Below, one piece after another: positions 9,154-19,973 of a DNA stretch of 64,000 nucleotides. The notes beneath the pieces are model-generated. The model made no database searches. It saw nothing but the letters and a program-made list of their open reading frames with translations, and was not told where the DNA came from. Source of the DNA: Candidatus Latescibacterota bacterium (GTDB taxonomy: Bacteria > Latescibacterota > UBA2968); assembly GCA_965198115.1 (NCBI GenBank), contig OZ240241.1, forward strand, positions 5,824,001 to 5,888,000. Reading direction: 5' to 3'. Both the position numbers and the translations under genes were made by a program. The stretch's first letter is position 1. Each line of letters begins with the position of its first letter.

Positions 9154-11958
9154 CTACAGGTCCAGCTGGTAGGAGAGCTTGAGGAGGACAGAACGGCTAC
9201 GCCGCGTCAGGTTGAAGCCGCCGCCGTTGATGGGGTCGTCCGTCGTGTCGTATCCGCTGTCGAAGACGAGGAAGATGTCGCTGCCCGGTCGGTATTCGTA
9301 GTTGAGGAGGAAATTGGCCGAGATGGTTTCGTCGTCGTTGTTCCACTGGGAGAACACTTTAACGAAGAAGTTGGTGGTGATGGAGTAAAGAAGTCGCGTG
9401 CCGAGGGTGTGGATGCTGAGATTCGCCTGGGGAAGCCGGATCCAGTTGCCCCTGTAGTTGACTTCGAACGACGCTCGACCGGTTGGCCTGAACGCACTTT
9501 GCGATCGGATCGAGTAGCGCCGACCCGTGTAGTAGGTTCCCGCTTCGAAGCTGAATCCAGGTCTGATCCATCTCTTTCCACTCGGTCGTGGACCGGTTCT
9601 GATCGTCGTGAATTTGTAGGTGCCGGGCGGAATGACGACATCGCTACGACGGTCGGATGGTGCGAACTCTTCCGTGACGACATCGTAAAACCGCGTCGCC
9701 TGGGACGACCACGCGTCGCCCGAGTTGAACAGTGTGTACCAGGATGCTTCGCCGGTCCAGTACTTCACGTCGTTCGCTCGGTCTGTCCATAGCTCCAACT
9801 CGGGGCCGATCGACATATAGCGGATGTTGCCGAACCCGGGTTTCGGGCGCCAGCGCAGGTAGACGTTGTAACGGCGGAATCCAGTCAGGTCGCCACGGCG
9901 GTTCACGAATCCAACGGCGGGCTCGAAGTTCTCCTCGACGTCGAGGTATTTCAATCGGGACCAGAATGTTCTGCCGCGATAATTCAGGAAAATGAACCGA
10001 GCATCACCCGTTCCCTCGATGTCCGAGTCCCAGGTTCGGGCCGCAAAGCCCTGGAAGTTCAATTTGCTCGTGGGTGAGTAGCTGAAGTCGAGACCGGCTG
10101 CCCGGTTGTAGGTGCTCCACCCGTCGATCTGTTTGTTGACCATAACGAAGCCGACGTTCGATCTCGCGAAGAGGTCGCGTCTGACGCGGAGAACGGAATA
10201 GTTCGTGCGCCGGACGTGGATGCTGTCACCGTCGTCTTCGAACGAGATGGGATCGGTCAGGACGTTGAGGGCGCCGATGCTCGTTCGACCTTCTTTTCCG
10301 GCCAGTTTCGTGCCGACCAGGATCGGGACCTGGCGTCTCTCCTCCAGACCGATCCGCCTCGAGTAGAAAAGAAGCGTGGGGGGCTCGGTCCCACTTCCTC
10401 TGAATCTGGCAGCCTCGCCAAACTCGAACAGGTTGGCTCCCTCGAGGAAGAATTCCCGTTTTTCTGGAAAGAAGAGACTGAATTGCGTGAGGTTGGTCCG
10501 TTCCTGATCACCCTCGACCTGGGCAAAGTCCGTTTTGTATGAAACATCGAGACCGATGTTGGAGGTGATGCCGTAGCGGAGGTCGAGTCCCGTGTCGAAG
10601 GAAGAGTTTTCTGCAGGATCGGTGACGCGGAAATCTTTTGATGTTCCAGGCAGAATGTAGGGCCTGATCTGGATGGGCCGCCTGGTCTTGACCTGTCGTA
10701 GACCCTTGAGCTCGCCGATGTCCATCATCAGGTAACGCTCGGTCGGTGAAGAGCTCTGTACGCCGACGACAAGCTGGGTGGCTTCGTTCTTCCTTGCGTT
10801 GAAACGGGAGAGATTGATGCCCCAGACCATATCGTCGCCTGGTTTGAATCGGAGCTGGCTGAAGGGGATCTGAACTTCGGCGGTCCAGCGATCCGCTTTT
10901 CGCTCCGTGCGACAGGTCCAGTTACAGTCCCAGTCTCGGTTGTAGGTGCGCCCTTCGTTGGAGAGCATATAGTCGGCCTGGGCCCCGAGGGGATTCACGA
11001 AGAAGAAAAACCCGTTCTGACGATCGTTGAACGTGTCGAGCAGGATCTGGACGTTGTCGTCGCTCGTCAGCTCCGAATCCCGGCGCATATTGTTCGCCAC
11101 CGACCCGTTCCCTTCAGGAATGGGGCAGTCGAAACCGAAGTAGATGTTCTCGTCGTCGTAGATGATCCGGGCTACGGTGTTCTCGGCGCTCGGAGCCCAG
11201 TAGTTCGGGTCGCGTTGGACGAATCCTTCGATCGGTCTGGCGGACGCCCACACGGGGTCGTCGAGCACGCCGTCGAGGTTCGGACCGTCTTCCACGCGTG
11301 CGGCGTGGACGGTCCGTCGGGCCTTTCGCCTGTTTCCGTTTCCGAGAGCGACGTGGATCAGGCGATCAGCAGGCTTGTAGGACGCTCGCTCGGATGAGGT
11401 GGTGCGTGCGACGATGACGTCATCGAGTTCTTTGATGACCTCGAGGTCCTCGCCGAACCCGTTTTCGCCCGATGTGGAGAGGCGACTCCAGAGCGGGACC
11501 GACCCGTTCATCCCTTCGACATAGACGAGGTCGCCGCTGACTTCACGAACTCTGCCCTCGATGTTGGAGACGGCTACTCGCTCTGGCGCGGCTTCCGAAT
11601 CACCGTTGGTCGATTCCGAGGCCAGACTGACGATCCACAGGCCCTCATGGGCGGACCGGATAAGGGCGACTTGCGACATCCCGGGTTCCAGATCGACGAT
11701 CTCACCGCGTGCGAATCGGTTTGAGCCATCGATGATCTCCACGATGCCTATTGGGGTGGCGCCACCATCGGCGGTGTATTCGGACAGGGGTCCTCCGACA
11801 ATGCGCAGACGATCTCCCTGTCGCACAGGTTTACCGTCCCGCAGGTCTATGAAGACTTTGCCGTCGTAGATTCGTACCACGTGCCCGCGAATCTCCTGGC
11901 CCGCGACCGGTGTAGACAGTGCAAAAATCAGGGTGATGATTGTGAGGGTTCTGTGCAT
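9154..11958 (-). CDS. Secreted/outer-membrane DUF5916-type protein with carbohydrate-binding family 9-like domain
   Basis: Signal peptide; LDGVLDDPVW, WTAEVQIPFSQLRF, TDFAQVEGD, FFPEKREFFLEG, YSRRIG; beta-barrel-like C-terminus LLKLSYQLDL. Confidence 0.8.
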   Translation of the reverse strand: MHRTLTIITLIFALSTPVAGQEIRGHVVRIYDGKVFIDLRDGKPVRQGDRLRIVGGPLSEYTADGGATPIGIVEIIDGSNRFARGEIVDLEPGMSQVALIRSAHEGLWIVSLASESTNGDSEAAPERVAVSNIEGRVREVSGDLVYVEGMNGSVPLWSRLSTSGENGFGEDLEVIKELDDVIVARTTSSERASYKPADRLIHVALGNGNRRKARRTVHAARVEDGPNLDGVLDDPVWASARPIEGFVQRDPNYWAPSAENTVARIIYDDENIYFGFDCPIPEGNGSVANNMRRDSELTSDDNVQILLDTFNDRQNGFFFFVNPLGAQADYMLSNEGRTYNRDWDCNWTCRTERKADRWTAEVQIPFSQLRFKPGDDMVWGINLSRFNARKNEATQLVVGVQSSSPTERYLMMDIGELKGLRQVKTRRPIQIRPYILPGTSKDFRVTDPAENSSFDTGLDLRYGITSNIGLDVSYKTDFAQVEGDQERTNLTQFSLFFPEKREFFLEGANLFEFGEAARFRGSGTEPPTLLFYSRRIGLEERRQVPILVGTKLAGKEGRTSIGALNVLTDPISFEDDGDSIHVRRTNYSVLRVRRDLFARSNVGFVMVNKQIDGWSTYNRAAGLDFSYSPTSKLNFQGFAARTWDSDIEGTGDARFIFLNYRGRTFWSRLKYLDVEENFEPAVGFVNRRGDLTGFRRYNVYLRWRPKPGFGNIRYMSIGPELELWTDRANDVKYWTGEASWYTLFNSGDAWSSQATRFYDVVTEEFAPSDRRSDVVIPPGTYKFTTIRTGPRPSGKRWIRPGFSFEAGTYYTGRRYSIRSQSAFRPTGRASFEVNYRGNWIRLPQANLSIHTLGTRLLYSITTNFFVKVFSQWNNDDETISANFLLNYEYRPGSDIFLVFDSGYDTTDDPINGGGFNLTRRSRSVLLKLSYQLDL

Positions 11959-11978
11959 TGCCGGATCTATGCCTTTTA

Positions 11979-12018
11979 CAGAAAAGAAAGGGGGCCCTCG
12001 ATCTCGGGACCGAGGGCC
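11979..12018 (-). terminator. Intrinsic terminator-like hairpin just upstream of the DUF5916 gene
   Basis: Minus strand GGCCCTCGGTC-CCGA-GATCGAGGGCC followed by CCCTTTCTTTTC. Confidence 0.55.
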
Positions 12019-12254
12019 TTAGTAATATCGACCTGATAAATCGTTGTATTTACAGTTATTTGCGACTGGAAGGATGGAGAATGTCCATCGGGATCGGATC
12101 TGTCGTGAGATCTGGGCAATGTCGAGACACTGTGGGCGGTATCTGAGACGCCGTGGCTGGCGATCGAGCATAAATCCTGCGACCTGTGTGCGTGCCCGGC
12201 TGAGGACGACGAACCGTCAAATTATACGGTGAATCGAAGGGGACGCCACCCCAT

Positions 12255-13595
12255 TCAGGAGGCACCGAATTCCTTCGTCGCCTGACCGAGGGCAAGGTCG
12301 AGCGTGGAGACGGCTGTCTCGATCTCCTCACGATCGATGATGAGCGGAGGGTAGAACCGGACATCGTCTCCGTTGATCCAGTCGGCGCAACCCGAGGTTG
12401 CGGACATGTGGAGGCCGTGCTCCATCGTGATCTGAGGGATTCGCGCGGAGACTTTCTGGTCGGCCGAAAACGGTTCCTTGGTCTCGCGGTCCTTGACGAG
12501 CTCGATTCCCATCATCAGGCCCTTGTGGCGGATGTCGCCGACGATGGGATGCTCGTAAAGTCGTTTTGCCGCCGTCTCGAGGTAGGCGCCCATCTCGACG
12601 ACGTGGTCGAGGATTCCTTCTTCTTCGATGATGTCGAGCACGGTCGATGCGACGCGTGTGGCCACTGGGTTGTTTACGTAGGTGAAGACGTGCGGGAAGG
12701 ATCCGGCTCCGTCGAGCGCGTCCCGAATGTCGTCGGATACGAGCACACCGCCCAGCGGCATATACCCGGCTGTGGCCCCTTTGCCGAAAACGAGGAGATC
12801 GGGGACGATGTCCCAGTGTTCGATGGCGAAGTAGCGGCCCGTTCGACCGAAGCCTGTGATGATTTCATCGGCGATGAAGAGAACGTCGTAGCGGTCGCAG
12901 ATCTCACGTACCCTTGCATAGTAGTCTTCGTGCGGTGAGCTGACGGTGATGCCCCCGTTGACGACGGGCTCTCCGATGAAGGCTGCGACGGTTTCGGGTC
13001 CGGCTTGCAGGATGGCTTCTTCGAGTTGGTCGGCACAGGCCAGATTGCACGATCCCTCGCATCCCGCAAACTTGCATCGGTAGGGATAGCTGGGATCGAT
13101 TTTTGGAAAATCGGGAATCCACGGAGCGAAGGGAGAGCGCATCGCGGGCAAACCCGAAGCCGACAGCGCACCGAGCGTGGCTCCGTGGTAGCTTCGCCAC
13201 CGGGAGATGACTTTGTGCTTACGCTCACGGCCGTGCTGGAGGTGGTAGAGGCGGGCGAGCTTGAAAGCGGTCTCGTTGCCCTCCGAGCCACCCGAGACGA
13301 AGTAGACGTGATTCAGGTTGCCCGGGGCCAGGCCCGCCAGGCGTGAAGCGAGGTCGAGGGCGGGTCGATTCGTGAAGAAGGCGGAGAAGCAGTAGGCCAT
13401 CGTTTCGGCCTGGTCGGCCATCACCTCGGCGATGCGTTTCTGACCGTGGCCGAGCGTAACGTTGCCCGCGCCGGAAACGCCATCGATGTAGCGGTTGCCT
13501 TCGTCGTCGATCAGGTAGATGCCTTCGCCCCGGACGATGACGGGATACGTGCCTTGGGGGTCACGGTGGATCAACGCGTCTCTGGATGTGGTCAT
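12255..13595 (-). CDS. Class III PLP-dependent aminotransferase
   Basis: SGGSEGNE, SYHGAT, FIADEIITGFGRTG, FGKGATAGY; start MTTSRD at 13595. Confidence 0.92.
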   Translation of the reverse strand: MTTSRDALIHRDPQGTYPVIVRGEGIYLIDDEGNRYIDGVSGAGNVTLGHGQKRIAEVMADQAETMAYCFSAFFTNRPALDLASRLAGLAPGNLNHVYFVSGGSEGNETAFKLARLYHLQHGRERKHKVISRWRSYHGATLGALSASGLPAMRSPFAPWIPDFPKIDPSYPYRCKFAGCEGSCNLACADQLEEAILQAGPETVAAFIGEPVVNGGITVSSPHEDYYARVREICDRYDVLFIADEIITGFGRTGRYFAIEHWDIVPDLLVFGKGATAGYMPLGGVLVSDDIRDALDGAGSFPHVFTYVNNPVATRVASTVLDIIEEEGILDHVVEMGAYLETAAKRLYEHPIVGDIRHKGLMMGIELVKDRETKEPFSADQKVSARIPQITMEHGLHMSATSGCADWINGDDVRFYPPLIIDREEIETAVSTLDLALGQATKEFGAS

Positions 13596-15532
13596 TGCGA
13601 CTCCAACAGATCGATGGTCAGGTCGTTGCAGGGTGCGTGCAAGTGTAGGGCTTGATCGCTGACTGCGGCGGTTACGATCCCCTCGGGAGTTTCGATTTCT
13701 CAGCCGCTGTCGGTGTCGTGCCACTGTACGGTCGGTCGACCCGTGGAGGAAACTGCGAACAGGGACAGGAGGCGACATCGTGAAGCCTTCACCGTCGTTT
13801 CGACATAGGGTTCGTGGCGTTGCTTGAACACGTCGCCGAGCCGGTGGCGATTGTAGGGTTCACGGTATTCGTGCCTATGGTCGGTCAGGACGAGGTCGGT
13901 CTCGTCGAGCGAAACGACACGTGCGGAAAGGGATGCCCGCTCGGTTTCGACGGTGAATGATCCGGTCTCATCCGGGGTCGAGGGTACGGACGGATGCCAA
14001 CGGAGGGAGATCGTTTCTTCGGTCTCAAGGTCAGCTTCATCCAGGACGGCGATCGTCGTGGGGAGAAGGTGTGCGACCGTTCGTCGTACGGCCGTCACGT
14101 CGTCGTGTTTTCCCGTGAGATCGATCTGCCAGATACCGCCCTCACCGTCTTTGAAGTCCGCGCTGAGAATCGTGGCTTCGACGGCCGATTCGTGTCTCAT
14201 TTCGCGTCCACCGAAGACGAGGATGTTGTGCCCGAAAGCGGCGGCGTTGTAATACTCGTATTTCTTGGCACCGTAATCACCCGGGTAACCGGGCGGCGAC
14301 CCGAGATCGACGATGAGACGCTCACCATATCCGTCGATGCAGACCTGGCCGACGTCGTGATTGCCGTGGACGATGACGCCGCTGCCGCCCTTGCCGTAGA
14401 CGATCGACGGGGGCGCAACGGGATCCCAGTTGGTGCGGCTGCTGAAGCCGGCGTCGTGCTTGCGAAAGGCGCGCCCCGTTGGGATGAGTCCATCGAGTGG
14501 GACCGGTTCCAGACTCGGGTCGTACCAGAGGAGTTCCCACACGAGCGACCGCCGGGCCTCGTCTATCCCGGCGTAATCCAGGTAGAACTGCTGGAGACAG
14601 CCATCCCGCGTCGCGTCCGCCACAGCGGGAAGATAGGAGAGGGCGGGTGGCGCGTCGACATCGCCGTCGCCGAATGCGGCGTAGCGACCGGGCGGCAGGG
14701 TGAAGTAGAAGATCCAGCTGCAGGTCTGCGGGAAAGGAGGCTCCGCGAGCCGGTTGACCCCACCGCCGCTGGCGTAGCGCTGCGCGGTGAAGAAGGCGAC
14801 GGGCTGGACCGTCGAACTGGCGTAGCCGACGGATTCGCTGAATTCGCCTTCCGGCCCGAACTGATCGAGGTATTCGATCATTCGAGGAAGAGCAACGTCG
14901 ATCAGCTCCCTGGCGCGTGGATGATCGTCGCCGAGCGCCATCCCTGCGATACCGTGTCCCCCGACGACGACGGTCAGCCAGTTGGTGCGCACGTCGAGCC
15001 AGTAGGCGTTTTCAGCGACGTCCGCCAGATAGAGCTGTAGATCGCATCGGTCGAGCCCCTCGATGATGGCGTCGCGGTCGGCCTGATCCAAAAGGGGATA
15101 CATCCAGTCGTAGGCCAGCCCGATCGCCTGGGAGAGCTGGCCTCCACGGAGGTCGACGCGGGTCTTGGGGTGAGCTTTGTCGCGCCAGTCCGGGTAGCGG
15201 TTGGGATCGAAGACCGCCTCCATCTGGTGGAGGACGTCGTCGCGGTATTCCGCTTTTTCGCTGATGAGGTAGGTCAGGGCCGCGCGCTGGATGCGCTGGG
15301 CGACAGCGTTGATGAGGGTCCAATCCCTGTTTTCGTGATCGACGTCGAGCTGGGGCCTGCCGGGAAGGGTGGAGGTGGGTAGGAAGGGGTCTTTGGCGAT
15401 ATCCGCATCGGCGAGCGCCTGTAGTTTCCCCCAGAGCGTTCTGAGATGGCCGGATCGAACGCCCTGGCGCAACTCGTCGACGGATCTCAGGCCTTCGATC
15501 TTCTCAGCAGTGACGAAGATGTGTGGATGCAT
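13592..15532 (-). CDS. Heparinase II/III-family polysaccharide lyase (in-frame TGA at 13700-13702 near the C-terminus)
   Basis: GLAYDW, TNWLTV, ESVGY, HGNHDVG, GHNIL motifs; the frame continues 35 codons past the TGA to a stop overlapping the next ATG. Confidence 0.8.
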
Positions 15533-15637
15533 TTGTAGGCTAACCTTGACAAGGTTGGTCAGTCGCGGCATTAAGGGGGCTGTGAACGGGGAGGTCAAGC
15601 CTGAACTGGACGGCCTCGACAATGGGCGAGTTCTCGA

Positions 15638-15696
15638 CCCTTCGACTCCGCTCAGGACAAGCTCGCGCTCCCGACTACGCCAAGGCTACGTCGGGA
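15638..15696. repeat. Composite REP-like cluster
   Basis: CCCTTCGACTCCGCTCAGGACAAG followed by hairpin CCCGACTACGCCAAGGCTACGTCGGG; relatives at 17554-17616 and 40262-40318. Confidence 0.6.
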
Positions 15697-15757
15697 ATGC
15701 GAACTGACTCCGCTCGAGTTGGCCACTTTCATACCTTGTATGTAAAATGGGTGGACT

Positions 15758-17452
15758 ATGAGTGAAGAAATTATCCTGTCGGATATGGGGCAGTGCCAAC
15801 CGACCACGGCGCTGTCTCCCGCCCGGCGTCTCAACCACTGGCAGCTGATCCCGTATGAAACGGAGACGTTCGCGGGGCAGCTGATATCTGCGGGCTTTAT
15901 GACCGAACCGCCGGAGGTGAGACTGCCATCCTCGCACCAGGGATGTTTCGCCATTTACGTCGGTTTGTGGATGGCAGGAGAAAGCGCCGGCGGGTGGGGA
16001 AGGGCGACGATGGGGTCCGACGCGGTCGGGAGTCTGAAGATCAAGCTGGAGAGCGACGCCTGCTTTGTCGCGTTCCGTCGAGAAGCACCGGCGAGGGACA
16101 ATCTGGAGGATGTGTTCTGGAAGATTGCCGATCTGGACGGCGACGACTTTGTGTTCGCGCAGCAGGCGTCCGGGATCAAAGGTCAGTCCTCGGTCGCCTA
16201 CATCCGGCTCGTGCAGCTGTCGGCAGATGAAGAGGCTGCGTGGCGCGAGGATGTCGCGAAACCCGAACACAAGCGGCTCGTGGCGACGAACGATGCGTTC
16301 GGCGTGTTCTTCCGGAACTGTATTACTACGCGGGAAGGTATCTGGGAACAGGTCGAACCGTATCGGAATACCGATTTCAAGATGCTGTGGTGGGAAATCG
16401 TGAGCGGGATGTTCGGGGCGTGGCGGAAGGAAGGAAAGACCTATGGGGAGGGTGTGGAGGATTACCCCAGGCCGGGCGATCTGTTTGCGGCTGAGAGCTA
16501 TAGGACAATGCGTGAGGAGGGGATCAATCCGCTGAAGACGGCGATGGATTACGCGCACGACATCGGCCTGGAGTTTCACGTCAGCCAGCGGTCCGAGATG
16601 TTCCAGACCGGACCCCCGTTCGAGGAAGTATTCAGTACCCAATTCTACCTGGACCATCCCGAATGGCGGCTGCGCGACATCGATGGTACGGAAGTGACGG
16701 GAATGAGCTACGCGCACCAAGGCGTTCGTCAATACCTGGTCTCGCTCCTGGAGCAAGCGACATCTCTCGGCGCAGACGGTGCGTGTATCATCTACCCCCG
16801 GTCGGCGCCGTTCGTGCTCTACGAAGACCCATTCGTCGATGCGTTCGTGGAACGTCACGGCGAGGATCCCCGGGAGATCGATGAGGAAGACGAGCGCGTG
16901 ATCGATCTGCGCGCCGAGTTTATGACGGCCTATATGTGTGAGTTGCGAGAGGCGATGGACCGCGTGGGTCAGAAACTGGGACGCCGTCTGGCGATGTCGG
17001 CGATTGTTTTCGCGACGGAAGCGGAGAACCGGCTAGCTGGACTGGACCTCGCGAGATGGATTCGAGAGGGTCTGCTCGACCACCTGAGTCCGTATCCATA
17101 CAGCCGCGCAAAGAAGGTGATGGATATCGAGACCGGCTATTTTCGAAGCATCACGGCAGAAACAGGGTGCCGGCTCTACCCCAACGTGATGCCGCGCCAT
17201 ATGCCGGCTTCGGAATACCGGGAATTGGCAAAACACTACTACGATGAAGGTGCGGACGGTCTGCTGTTCTGGGACACCTACCAGCGACACGACGGCAGTT
17301 CGCAGTGGGAGACGATTCGACGTCTCGGGCGCAAGGAAGAGATCGAAGCGGCAATCGCACAGGCGGATCCGCAGAACGAGCCCAGAATCGTTCCGCTTAC
17401 CAAACTGGCCGGTCACCATATGCACCGATACTCCCCTTATCGCGGTGCGTAG
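15758..17452 (+). CDS. Glycoside hydrolase-like protein (GHL10/DUF187-like TIM barrel)
   Basis: 564 aa; AHDIGLEFHVSQR, FYLDHPEW, SYAHQGVR, GLDLARWIREGLLD, GADGLLFWD. Confidence 0.6.
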   Translation: MSEEIILSDMGQCQPTTALSPARRLNHWQLIPYETETFAGQLISAGFMTEPPEVRLPSSHQGCFAIYVGLWMAGESAGGWGRATMGSDAVGSLKIKLESDACFVAFRREAPARDNLEDVFWKIADLDGDDFVFAQQASGIKGQSSVAYIRLVQLSADEEAAWREDVAKPEHKRLVATNDAFGVFFRNCITTREGIWEQVEPYRNTDFKMLWWEIVSGMFGAWRKEGKTYGEGVEDYPRPGDLFAAESYRTMREEGINPLKTAMDYAHDIGLEFHVSQRSEMFQTGPPFEEVFSTQFYLDHPEWRLRDIDGTEVTGMSYAHQGVRQYLVSLLEQATSLGADGACIIYPRSAPFVLYEDPFVDAFVERHGEDPREIDEEDERVIDLRAEFMTAYMCELREAMDRVGQKLGRRLAMSAIVFATEAENRLAGLDLARWIREGLLDHLSPYPYSRAKKVMDIETGYFRSITAETGCRLYPNVMPRHMPASEYRELAKHYYDEGADGLLFWDTYQRHDGSSQWETIRRLGRKEEIEAAIAQADPQNEPRIVPLTKLAGHHMHRYSPYRGA

Positions 17453-17665
17453 GCGTGCCAAAGGGGGAATAGGGTAGCCCGCGCGAGGCTTCTTTCCGAT
17501 ATTCGACCTTCATCATCGCTGCAGGGCTCGGCATAGCGTGCCGCAGCCCTTGATCCTTCGACTTCGCTCCCACCTGCGCAAAGCTACGGTAGGACGGGCG
17601 CCGCTCGGGGTGACCGCCGCTTCACGGTGGGTCGAGTAGCGATCTATTGTGTCCCCCAGCCGGAG

Positions 17666-19678
17666 ATGTCGTTGTCCGCAGATCCTCTCAGAATGCCTTC
17701 TTCCGAGGATGAAGCCGAGTCGGAAGGGTCATCGATCATCACACGAAGGGCGTTGATCGTCGGTCTGGCGATGGCCCTTTGGATGCCGTTCTGGCCCACC
17801 TACACGAGTCTCGTCCTCCATTCCACGCGCGCCGATCACTCGCACCTGTCGATGGCGATGCTCATTCCCTTCGTCGCCCTTCTGATCCTGAACGTCTTTC
17901 TCGAACGATACGGTGTCGGGTTCTCACCCACGGAGCTTCTCACGGTTTGCTGCATCGGAATGGTAGCCGGTGTGATGCAGGGCGAATGGCTGACCATCTG
18001 GTTTCTGCAGCTTCTGACGATGCCAGCTTATTTCGCGTCCCCCGAGAATCGCTTCGAAGAAGTCCTGCTACCCCATATGCCGAGTTGGACGACGGTCACC
18101 GACAAGGATGTCGTGAGGGGATTCTACGAGGGCGTTCTGCCGGGAAGCCCGTTCCCTTGGGCAGAGTGGGGTTCGGTCCTGTTCTGCTGGGGTCTGTTCC
18201 TCCTCACCGTGCTGACGATCAACCTGTGTCTGAGCGTTCTGCTGCGGAAGCAGTGGCAGGAACACGAGCGCCTGGCCTATCCGGTGGCCACAGCGCTGCT
18301 CGAACTGACGGGCGTATCCGGCACGCGGGGGACGTTGTCGACTCTGGCGCGCAACCGGCGCTTTCAGCTGGGATTCGCGTTCACGTTTATCGTGATCGCG
18401 TACAACGTCTCGACGTGGTTTACGGTTAATCTGCCGATGATCCCGTTCCTGGCAGGGCGATACGGACGACACGTGATTCCCACAATGCCCGGTTTTCCGA
18501 GCATCGTTACGACATTCGTTCTGCTCACGTTTTGTCTGGGCTACTTCACGAAGACGGAGGTGCTGTTCAGCCTGTGGTTCTTCCATCTGGTCCAGATCGT
18601 GCAGAAGGGCATCATGAACCGTCTGGGCGTAGACTTGGGATCGTCGGACCCGTGGAGCTCCGGTCATCCGGCCATCGGATGGGAGACGTTCGGCGGGATG
18701 ATCGTGTTCGTGCTATGGGGGTTCTGGACGGCTCGATCGCACTTTCGGGACGTTTATCGAAAGGCTTTTCACAAGGACGAGACCGTAGACGATTCGGAAG
18801 AGTTGATGTCTTACCGAACAGCCCTCTTTCTGCTGATCGGTTGTACCGCGTTTCTGATGCTGTGGCTCAACCAGGCGGGTATGAACTGGGGGCCGATCTT
18901 CGCGTGGTGCTTTGCGACGCTGATTCTTTTCGTCGGTCTCGCACGGATCGTGGTCGAGAGCGGGTTGGTCTATCTCCGGGTGCCGATCACGGCGCAGGCC
19001 TTCACCTGGCACACGTTCGGGATCGCCGGCCTCGGTCCGGCGAGCGCGGCGATCCTGACGCTGACCAACACGATCGTGGCGGACGGCAAGACGTTCGCGA
19101 TCACGCAGATGGCTCACGTTCCGCGGTTGAGTATGGCGATGGCACGTCGAAGCCGGAAAGCGCTCGCGCCAGCTGTCCTGACAGCCTGCGCCCTGGGCGG
19201 GACGATCGTGATCGCGTTCCTCCTCTACCAAGGCTACTACGTGATGGGGAGCTACAACTTTGGGACGGGCAGCTTCAACGGAACGGGTGGCGCCGTTGCG
19301 TGGAGTCGCCTTGCAGTCGGCCGCATTCAGGACGGCACGACGGCAACAGATTGGGACCGAATGGCGTGGCTTGGCGTGGGCGGAGCCTTTACGGCAGGGC
19401 TTTTCTATCTGAGATATCGGTTTACGAGCTTTCCGCTCCATCCGATCGGCTTCACGATCTGCGGGATGGTGGAGATGGCCGACAACGCCTGGAGCCTCTT
19501 CCTCATCTGGAGTGTGAAGACCCTGATTCTGAAGATCGGCGGGCTGGAAAGTTATCGACGCAACGCTCCGATTTTCCTGGGGATGATTATGGGCTACGTG
19601 GCGGGTGTGGCTTTAGGGGTGATCGCGGACGCCTTCTGGTTTCCGGGGGAAGGACATGAAATCCATTGTGACCCCTGA
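17666..19678 (+). CDS. DUF6785/DUF6784-like membrane protein, copy 3
   Basis: Same family motifs; ends HEIHCDP like copy 5; start chosen at MSLSADP by alignment with copy 5. Confidence 0.8.
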   Translation: MSLSADPLRMPSSEDEAESEGSSIITRRALIVGLAMALWMPFWPTYTSLVLHSTRADHSHLSMAMLIPFVALLILNVFLERYGVGFSPTELLTVCCIGMVAGVMQGEWLTIWFLQLLTMPAYFASPENRFEEVLLPHMPSWTTVTDKDVVRGFYEGVLPGSPFPWAEWGSVLFCWGLFLLTVLTINLCLSVLLRKQWQEHERLAYPVATALLELTGVSGTRGTLSTLARNRRFQLGFAFTFIVIAYNVSTWFTVNLPMIPFLAGRYGRHVIPTMPGFPSIVTTFVLLTFCLGYFTKTEVLFSLWFFHLVQIVQKGIMNRLGVDLGSSDPWSSGHPAIGWETFGGMIVFVLWGFWTARSHFRDVYRKAFHKDETVDDSEELMSYRTALFLLIGCTAFLMLWLNQAGMNWGPIFAWCFATLILFVGLARIVVESGLVYLRVPITAQAFTWHTFGIAGLGPASAAILTLTNTIVADGKTFAITQMAHVPRLSMAMARRSRKALAPAVLTACALGGTIVIAFLLYQGYYVMGSYNFGTGSFNGTGGAVAWSRLAVGRIQDGTTATDWDRMAWLGVGGAFTAGLFYLRYRFTSFPLHPIGFTICGMVEMADNAWSLFLIWSVKTLILKIGGLESYRRNAPIFLGMIMGYVAGVALGVIADAFWFPGEGHEIHCDP

Positions 19679-19714
19679 TTATGAAATTAGGGAATTGGCA
19701 CATTAGAAACTACG

Positions 19715-19824
19715 TGTCATCCCGGTGGGCTTCTGAGCCGGGATCTGATTTCCCGCGCCTACACGGTTCGACAGTGGTGCGCGGAGTCAAATGGACCCCG
19801 GCTCAACACACTACCGGGGTGACA
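19715..19824. repeat. REP doublet TGTCATCCCGG...CCGGGATC...GGACCCCGG...CCGGGGTGACA
   Basis: Same family at 41536-41638, 48728-48907 and 50161-50252. Confidence 0.75.
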
Positions 19825-19973
19825 TTATTTTTGCCGTAGCGTGTTGTTCAAACTCTCGTCCAACACCATCACCAACCGATCATCCTGAGTGACGTTCTCG
19901 GTCACGGCATTGCGTGAGCATTCACCGAACGCAGTCACACGTTGTATCGAAGGGCGAGTGGTGGGCTGTTGCG

